DNA of 64,000 nt from NCBI RefSeq assembly GCF_009914755.1, contig NC_060931.1; one strand, 5' to 3'. The stretch is from the human T2T-CHM13v2.0 reference genome, Homo sapiens. The position numbers and the translations under genes are program-made. The notes under the pieces were generated by a model. The model saw only the letters and a program-made list of their open reading frames with translations. It had not been told where the DNA came from and searched no databases. Below, piece after piece: positions 55,012 to 64,000 of this stretch. How positions within the stretch are numbered: the stretch's first letter is position 1; each line of letters begins with the position of its first letter.

Positions 55012-55390
55012 AACTATCATTCAAATCATAGTTTTGAACTAAGATTCAAAACATAGTTTTTTCAACATGAAAACATTTTACCTGAGAATATTATTTACCA
55101 ACTATGTTAATTTCTAAGATAATATGGAGATGTCTAAAATTAATGCTAAAGTTTTGTAAACAAAACTCAAATTTCTGGGTAGACCACAAACACTAATTTA
55201 AATTAGAGACAGTTCAGAGGAGAGATTTGTTAACAAAATATTAAGCAAAATAATGGCTTTGAGGAACTTAGTTTCGGCTTCTGGAAACCAATGCCTACCC
55301 TTGCAAATACTAATTAAATCACACTCAAAACATTCCTCCTTATTCAGCATTCTTCATTAGCATGGCTTTGAATACTTTTGTTTTACTTAC

Positions 55391-55441
55391 ATTTAGAAGA
55401 AGAAACAGTGCCAAGCACCGGCTTGTAAATGTGAACCTCAT
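55391..55441 (-). CDS. CALCR: CALCR exon 3 coding part (MRFTFTSRCLALFLLLN, signal peptide); whole exon is 55391-55467 with 26 nt of 5'UTR
   Basis: Acceptor ttttctag|GAC at 55467, ATG at 55441-55439, donor AAT|gtaagt. Confidence 0.98.
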
Positions 55442-56303
55442 TTTTGGTTTTTGAAGATCTCTTTGTCCTAGAAAAATATAAAAGCAACAAAGACTAAAAT
55501 TAATATATCTCTAATATTGGCTATGGCATTTCATTTTCATTTTTTTCTATTTGACTTAAAGAGGATCAACATCCCAAGACACCCTAAAAAACACACGTAA
55601 GAAAAAACAGTATGCTTGTGATGCAAATGCAGTGAAGATTCCATTGCTTTTCCTGTCAACTAGATTGTTATACCTGAGGCCCTCCTATTAAGAAATTCTG
55701 GCACTACCTTTGCATATTAGGACAGAAATAAAGACATTCCAAGAGAGCAAGAGCAACCCATGTCAGCTTCAGTTAACATGTGTCATTGATAGAGCTGCTG
55801 AAAATTGCAATGAAGATGTCCACCAAGAAGTCACCTCACTGGACATGAACAAATAAAATCTGTAATTTGTGAAAGATTAATCATCATGCCCTCTAGGTAG
55901 TCTAAGGCCAACTCTAAAAGTAGCCTTATTTAAAGCTTTGAGTAATTTTCTTTCCTATAAATGTTTCTTTAAGCTTCAAGTTGCTAGTAAGAACAAATTT
56001 CTTCCATAGCAATGATTGAGCATGTCATTTAACAGCTCACCATTCATACTGAAGAGCATAATCATCCAAACAGGCTGCTTAGTCACAAATATCAAATGGT
56101 TTTTCATGGCTCTGCAGATAATTTTACACAAGAAAACTTAACAAAGGGTTAAACAGTTGAAAAATACATATATTTCTTTTCATCAGTGGGAGTTGTGTGA
56201 AACCTACATTCCAACTAGGGGTGAGTGGTTATGACTGTATCTTAACTGGTAAGTTCCTGTTGCACTATATCTACTGTATTACCCATAGAATTTACCTATC
56301 CTT

Positions 56304-59300
56304 TATCCAGGAGAACTTCCCCAACATAGCAAGACTGGCCAACATGCAAATTCAGGAAATACAGAGAACACCACTAAGATATTTCATGAGAAGATCAACC
56401 CCAAGACACATAATCATCAGATTTCCAAGGTTGAAATGAATGAAAAAATATTAAGGGCAGCCAGAGAGAAAGGCAAAGTAACCTACAAAGCAAAGCCCTT
56501 CAGACTAACAGAAGACCTCTCAACAGAAACTCTACAAGCTAGAAGAGATTGGAGGCCAATATTCAACATTCTTAAAGAAAAGAATTTTCAACCCAGAATT
56601 TAATATTCAGCCAAACTAAGCTTCATAAGCGAAGAAGAAATAAAATCATTTCTGGGCAAGCAAATGCTGAGAGATTTTGTTACCATTTGGTCTGCCTTGC
56701 AAGAGCTCCTGAAAGAAGCACTAAATATGGAAAGGAAAAACCAGTACCAGCCACTGCAAAAACACACCAAAATATAAAACCAATGGCACTATGTAGAAAC
56801 TGCATCAACTGTTGTGCAAAATAACCAGATAGCATCATGATGATGGATCAAATTCACACATAAGAATGCTAACCTTAAATGTAAATGGGCTAAATGCCCC
56901 AATTAAAAGACACAGACTGGCAAATTGAATAAAAAGTCAGGACCCATTGATGTGCTATATTCAGGAGATCCATTTCATGTGCAAAGACACACATAGGTTC
57001 AAAACAAAGGGATGGAGGAAAATTTACCAAGCAAATGGAAAGCAAAAAAAAAAAAAAAAAAAAAAAAAAAGCATGGGTTGCAATCCTAGTCTCTGACAAA
57101 ACAGACTTTAAACCAACAAGATAAAAAAAAAGACAAAGAAGGCCTTGCATGATGGTAAAGGGAACAGTTCAACAAGAGCTAACTACTCTAAATATATATG
57201 CACCCTATACAGGAGCACCCAGATTCATAAAATAAGTTCTTAGAGACTTACAAAGATACTCAGACTCCCACACAATAATAGTGGGAGACTTTAACATTCT
57301 ACTACCAATATTAGAGAGATCAATGAGACAGAAAATTAGCAAGGATATTCAGGGCTTGAACTCAGCTCTGTATCAAGTGGACCTAATAGACATCTACAGA
57401 ACTCTCCAACCCAAATCAACAGAATATACATTCTTCTCAGTGCCACATGGAACTTATTCTAAAATCGACCACATAATTGGAAGTAAAACATTCCTCAGCA
57501 AAAGCAAAAGAACTAAAATCATAACAAACAGTCTCTCAGACCACAATGCAATCAAATTAGAACTCAGGACTAAAAAACACATTCAAAACCACACAATTAC
57601 ATGGAAACTGAACAACCTGCTCCCAAGTGACTCCTGGGTAAATAATGAAATTCAGGCAGAAATCAAGAAGTTCTTGGAAACCAATGAGAACAAAGAGACA
57701 ATGTACCAGAATCTCTGGGACACAGTTAAAGCAGTGTTAAGAGGGAAATTTATAGCACTAAATGCACACATCACAAAGCTGCAAAGATCTCAAATCGACA
57801 CCCTAATATCACAATTAAAAGAGCTAGAGAGGCAAAAGCAAACTAATCCAAAAGCTAGCATAAAACAAGAAATAACTAAGAGCAGAGCAGAATTGAAGGA
57901 CATAGAAACCCAAAAAACCCTCCAAAAAAATCAATAAAACCAGGAGCTGGTTTTTTAAAAAAATTTAAAAAATAGATAAGCCACTAGCTAGACTAATAAA
58001 GAAGAAAAGAGAGAAGCACCAAATAGACACAATAAAATATGAAAAAGGGGGTATCATCACTGACCCCACAGAAATACAAATTACCATCAGAGAATACTGT
58101 AAACACCTCTACACAAATAAACTAGAAAATCTAGAAGAAATTGATAAATTCCTGGTAACCTCCCAAGACTAAACCAGGAAGAAGTTGGAGCCCTGAATAG
58201 ACCAATAGCAAGTTCTGAAATTGAGGCAGTAATTAATGGCCTACCAACCAAAAAATGTCCAGGACCAAATGGATCCACAGCTGAATTCTACCAGAGTTAC
58301 AAAGAGGAGCTGGTACCATTTCTTCTGAAACTATTCTGAAGAATTGAAAAGGAGGGACTCCTCCCTAATTCATTTTATGAAGCCAGCATCATCCTGATAC
58401 CAAATCTGGGCAGAGACACAACAAAAGAAGAACACTTCAGGCCAATATCCCTGATGAGCATTGATGCAAAAATCCTCAATAAAATACTGGCAAACTGAAT
58501 CCAGGAGGACATCAAAAAACGTATCCACCATGATCAAGTCGGCTTCATCCTGAGATGCAAGTCTGGTTCAACATACGCAAATCAATAAATGTAATCCGTC
58601 ACATAAACAGAACCCAAGACAAAAACCACATGATTATCTCAATAGATGCAGAAAAGGCCTTTGATAAAAGGCAACATCCCTTTATGTTAAAAACTTCAAT
58701 AGACTAGGTATTGATGGAACATATCTCAAAATAAGAGCTATTTATGACAAATCCACAGCCAATATCACATTGAATGGGGATAATTGAAAGCATTCCCTTT
58801 GAAAACCAGCATAGACAAGAATACCCTCTCTCACTGCTCCTATTCAACATGGTATTGGAAATTCTGGCCAGGGCAATAATCAGGCAAGAGAAATAAATGA
58901 AGGGTATTCAAATAGGAATAGAGGAAGTCAAATTGTCTGTGTTTGCAGACAACATGGTTTTATATTTAGAATACCCCATCATCTCAGCCCCAAAACTCCT
59001 TAAGCTGAGAAGTAACTTCAGCAAAGTCGCAGGATAAAAAATCAATGTGCAAAAATTACAAGCATTCCTTTAATCCAACAATAGACAAGCAGAGAGCCAA
59101 ATCACAAATGAACTCCAATTCACAATCATTACAAAGAGAATAAAATACCCAGGAATACAGCTAAAGAGGGATGTGAAGGACCTCTTCAAGGAGAACTACA
59201 AATCACTGCTCAAGGAAATAAGAGATTACACAAACAAATGGAAGAACATTCCATCCTCATGGATAGGAAGAATCGATATTGTGAAAATGGCCATACTGCT

Positions 59301-60800
59301 CAAAGTAATTTATAGATTCAGTGCTATTCCCATCAAACTACCATTGACATTTTTCAGAGAATTAGAAAAAACTACTTTAAATTTCGTATGGGATCAAAAA
59401 AAAACCTGTATAGCCAAGACAGTCCTAAGCAAAAAGAACAAAGCTGGAAGCATCACACTACCTGACTTCAAACTATGCTATAAGGCTACAGTAACCAAAA
59501 CAGCATGGCACTGGTACCAAAACAGACATATAGACCAATGGAACAGAACAGAGACCTCAGAAATAACACCACACATCTACAACTATCTGATCTTCAACAA
59601 ACCTGACAAATACAAGCAATGGGGAAAGGATTTCCTATTCAATAAATGGTGCTGGGAAAACTAGCTAGCCATATGCAGAAAACTAAAAATGGACCTCTTC
59701 CTTACACCTTATACAAAAATTAACTCAAGATGGATTAAATTCTTAAATAAAAACCACAAACCATAAAAACTCTAGAAGAAAACCTAGGCAATACCATTCA
59801 GGACATAGACATGGGCAAAGACTTCATGACAAAAATGCCAAAAGCAATTGCAACAAAAGCCAAAATTGACAAATGGGATCTAACTAAACTAAAGAACTTC
59901 TGCGCAGCAAAAGAAACTATCATCAGAGTGAACCAGCAATCTACAGAATGGGAGAAAATTTTTGCAATCTACCTAACTGACAAAGGTCTAATATCCAAAA
60001 TTTACAAGGAATTTAAACAAATTTACAAGAAGAAAGCAAACAACCCCATCAAAAAGTGGGCAAAGGATATGGACACTTCTCAAAAGAAGACATTTACACA
60101 GCCAACAAACATGAAATAAAGCTCAACATCACTGATCATTACAGAAATGTAAATCAAAACCACAGTGAGATACCATGTCACACCGGTCAGAATGGTGATT
60201 ATTAAAAAGTCAAGAAACCATAGATGCTGGTGAGGCTGTGGAGAATGAGGAATGCTTTTATACTGTTGGTGGGAATGTAAATTAGTTCAATCATTGTAGA
60301 AGATAGTATGGCAATTCCTCAAGGATCTAGAACCAGAAATACCATTTGACCCAGCAATCCCATTACTGGGTATATACCCAAAGGAATGCAAATCATTCAA
60401 CTATAAAGACACATGCACACGTATGTTTATTGCAGCACTATTTACAATAACAATGTCATGGAACCAACCCAAATGCCCATCAAAGATAGACCGTATAAAG
60501 AAAATGTGGTACATATACACAATGGAATACTATGCAGCCATAAAAAGGAATGAGCTCATATCCCTGCAAAGGATGAAGCTGAAAGCCATCATCCTCAGCA
60601 AACTAACACAGGAACAGAAAACCAAACACCACATGTTCTCACTCATAAGTGGGAGTTGAACAATGAGAACACATGAACACAGAGAGGGGAACAACACACA
60701 CCAAGGCCTGTTGGTGGGAGGGGTGCGAAGGGAGGAAACTTAGAGGACAGGTCAATAGGTGTAAAAATTTTATTTTTTAAAAAGAAAAAAATAAAATATG
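56304..60800 (+). mobile_element. ~4.5-kb 5'-truncated inactive L1PA (about L1PA8-10): 3' part of ORF1, disrupted ORF2, 3'UTR; antisense to CALCR
   Basis: ORF1 piece IQENFPNIAR, ORF2 pieces (GDFN, YSKIDH, LSDH, WKNIP) broken by stops and frameshifts; 3'UTR ttagaggacaggtcaataggtg. Confidence 0.96.
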
Positions 60801-61699
60801 CACTCACATATTTTAAAAAACAAAAATAGTAAAAAAAAAGTATTTACAGATTTTTCCAGATATAAATTACTGTCTACAATGTATGCCTATTATACTTGTC
60901 CCCAAAAGGGTAAATTCTATTCAGTTTACCTATTGGCATAACAGGAAATTGAGAATGTAAATTATAATTTTGAAACATCATTTTATATGTTGATCATTAT
61001 TCATTGTTTCTGATTTATTTCAAGTCCACTCAGTAAATTAGAAGCATACACGCACACACGTATTAAGTGCTGAGGCACTACATGAAATGTAAATATGAGC
61101 TGGATGAGATATGATTCCAGTATAAGAAGTTGAGCATCTGAGTGGGGAAGGGTATAAATGATATAAGATGTGGCAAAATAACTCAAATGCAGACTGGGTG
61201 AAAGGTTCAATGAAATTGCAAAAATATAGGGCCTTATAAGATGGTTATATAATTTTTGATTGGGGGATCAGGGAGGGAATTATATTTTGAGATAAAATTT
61301 GAAAACCTGAATAGGGTTTTGAAAAGCAAAGACCTCTTAGTCAGAGAAAGCACATAAAAACAACATATGGATCTAGGAAAACTTAGGATAACTAAAGAAT
61401 AATGAATATAATAGTTTAATTTAGCTGGAGCATAAAGCCTCTTAGGAAGTGGAAATTGGGCTAAAAAAGTAGGTTTTGAGTGCTTAGGAAATTTATTACC
61501 CAAACTACCCATTTGGCATTCTGTGTATTTCTATGTATTTTCATCTACATAAATACACATCCTAACAACCTTACCTAATGCTAAACCCTTTCAGATAAGA
61601 ATTATTTTTTAGATAGCTATATATCTCTGGCACATCACAAAATTGCATACACATGTTTATTATTATTGATAATGATGGTGGCTTGTGATCTAATGAGTT

Positions 61700-62110
61700 A
61701 AATAAAACATGGAATTCTGATTTTTTACAACTATATCCTCACCACACCACCACATTGGCAAATCTAAATGTATTATTTTCTCTGTCCATTTTCTTGCATT
61801 TCTCATATCAGTGTCTTCCACAATTATCCATGAATTGTATGAATGAGAAAGTTGGGATCATTCCTGATTCCACTCACTTCTTCATTCCAAGCTTCTAGTC
61901 TCTAGGACTCTCTGATTCCATCTGCATTTTGGGATCTTTTCAAACATGTCCATCCTATCTACTACCTTAGTGCAGGTCACCATCTTTCTCTTCAGTTCCC
62001 TGGCAACAGCCTCTAGACCAGTTTCCCTGCTTCAAGTTGTAATCCCTCCAACTCGTGTTCTATATTAAAATGAGTGCAATTTTACTCTTCTTTAGCAATT
62101 CCCTACAAAC
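61700..62110. mobile_element. L2 LINE fragment
   Basis: ctactaccttagtgcaggtcaccatctttctc...gcaacagcctct...tccctgcttc. Confidence 0.65.
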
Positions 62111-63099
62111 TTTAAGTTAGTGCAAAGAACCATTGGCTAGGAATACAATACAGGACCCCCTTAAAGTAACAAGCACCAGTGTGATCATGAAGAGAAATAG
62201 AGAAAAATTAAAATTGTCTCTTAGATTTGTGGCCTGCTAAAAGGACAGATAAGAAATTCAGGAGAGGAAAGTAGGTGGAGGAGGCAAACTTTTAATTTGT
62301 GTCTTTCTTGTTGATTGGGAATACACTACCTCCATATATTGGGTGAGACTTATTTCCTGGTGTGAAAGTTGGAGTTTTTGAGATGTATACATACTTGTGA
62401 AACTGACACAGTTTTCTTTGTCTACATCTTGCATTTTACAAAGTACAAAGAAGTCATAGACATACATTAAATTCCTAAAGGTGACTGCTCATGATTGTCC
62501 TGTAATGTAGCCTCTGAGAGAAGAAGGATATGTAGAACACCACGGGTGGTGCCAGAATTAAAAGCCAAATCTCCTCTTGACATGATCCTACTCATTAATT
62601 CCAAATGTGAGAGCTAATATGGCGAGAAACCAGCTTCTTTATGAAGGTGAATATGTGGTGATTGGATGGTTAATTGATAGTACATGGTACCATCCATGTC
62701 ATGTATTTGATATTTTGCAATGTAGAAGTTGCTGTTTGACTCAACAGTGTTATTAAAATGAGGAGCATTGGAGGCAATGGGAGACTTGTCACTTTAAGGT
62801 GAATGGGCTGCACAGTCATCTTGCTGTAGAAAAGGGGACCCCCATGGTCTTAAAGCCCCACACATGACATTTACACATGTATCACAAACAGCTTATGAGA
62901 ACAAAAATAGTATGAAAACAGATCTGAGAGTGAATATTCGGAAACAACAGAGGGGATTTAGATAAGAAACAATTTCTTTTGTTTTGCCTATTAATTGAAG
63001 AGGTCTTAATTTTAAAGACTTGCATTATTTGGAACTATAACAAATGCCTCATGCCCAAACTATAGTAGATCTCTGCTCACCAAGCCTGCCTCTAGTCAG

Positions 63100-63880
63100 A
63101 AAAGTTGCACTGCAGTTGTCCTGGGTTAAACAAGGCCTTGTAGATATATGGTTTTTTGAAAAAAAGCACTTTATGGTGACTCCTGAGGAGGGGAGAAGAA
63201 AACATATACAGGTAGAGCTGTGAAGAAAGGAGGTGCTTTATCAGTTTGAGAGAGAAAAGCAGGCAAGGAAGAGTAGAATCAGGCTGAAGAATGAGATAAT
63301 TTCTCTTTCCTGAGATTATTAGAAGGAAGAAAAGAATGGGAGAGAGAGTTAATGAGAGTGATAACTGTGGAAAATCCGGGATGAACTGACAGAGGCCAAT
63401 GGCTTAGTTGAAGAGATGATTAAAAGACAGAATGAAAGGATGGATAGATTGGGGGTGGAATCTAGAGACTGATTAGTGTAGGATTTAAAACAGGCAAGAT
63501 TCCAGGTGATATTGTTATGTTCACAGTTCAGTGACCTTCAGGAGAATAGCTGACCTGAGCCTTAGAGAGTGAAACCTGGACCCAGGTAGAAAGGACAGTA
63601 TCACCAAACAGCAGTTAGTGGGTATGAAATGCACCTTGAGAACTTTCAAATTGGAATGGAAATAGGTGATACAGAAGACCTGCAACCAGAAAATCATCTG
63701 GTACACCAGGAAGATCACTCAAAGAAAATCAAAACAAAGTTTAACTTTGACATAAGATTATTTGTTTACTTGCTTCTTGATGAATTACCATCTCCATAGC
63801 AAGGATTTTGTTCACTCTTGCAACCCAAGAACCTAGAGAAGAGCCTGGAACATAGTAAATGCTAGTAAATGTTGGTTGCT
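63100..63880. mobile_element. L2 LINE fragments (probably several pieces)
   Basis: Purine-rich L2-like body and terminal gcctggaacatagtaaatgctagtaaatgttggttg. Confidence 0.5.
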
Positions 63881-64000
63881 TGGTTTAAGGGATAATTTAG
63901 GGACAGAACCTAAGGAATGTCAATCTATAATTTAGTAAGACAGGAAGCATTGTTCTTTACTTAAAGTGCCCTACTCGCGGAGCCAAAAAATTCTAATTTC

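Noticed and set aside
57281-60659. ORFs of 218, 163, 102 and 78 aa with endonuclease and other L1 ORF2 similarity
   Set aside because: They are fragments of one decayed L1 ORF2 separated by stops and frameshifts, not a gene
60800-64000. Alternative or osteoclast promoter and upstream ATG-bearing exon
   Set aside because: No CpG island, clear promoter or matching exon is visible; these probably lie beyond the window

Overview
Human (or very close great-ape) genomic DNA covering most of the calcitonin receptor gene CALCR, a class B1 GPCR, on the minus strand. I resolved 11 constitutive coding exons, from the ATG exon (55391-55467) down to the 42-nt TM7 exon (2717-2758). All have GT-AG boundaries and splice into an uninterrupted 1191-nt frame (codons 1-397). 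The last coding exon and the upstream 5' exons lie outside the window. The intron after the ATG exon hosts MIR489 and MIR653. Three short cassette exons match isoforms I recall from the literature: a 48-nt exon (16-aa ICL1 insert), a 35-nt stop-containing exon and a 50-nt stop-containing exon. In this sequence the 50-nt exon is followed by AT instead of GT, so its donor may be lost on this allele. The rest is AT-rich intron with Alu, L1, L2, MIR, LTR and DNA-transposon relics and microsatellites. I found no convincing new gene or system. The best leads are allele-dependent or cryptic splicing that would truncate the receptor, a possible soluble ectodomain made by intronic polyadenylation, and a clean twin-primed L1 insertion. 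Exon numbers follow the 14-exon model from memory. Repeat subfamilies and old-repeat boundaries are by eye and approximate.
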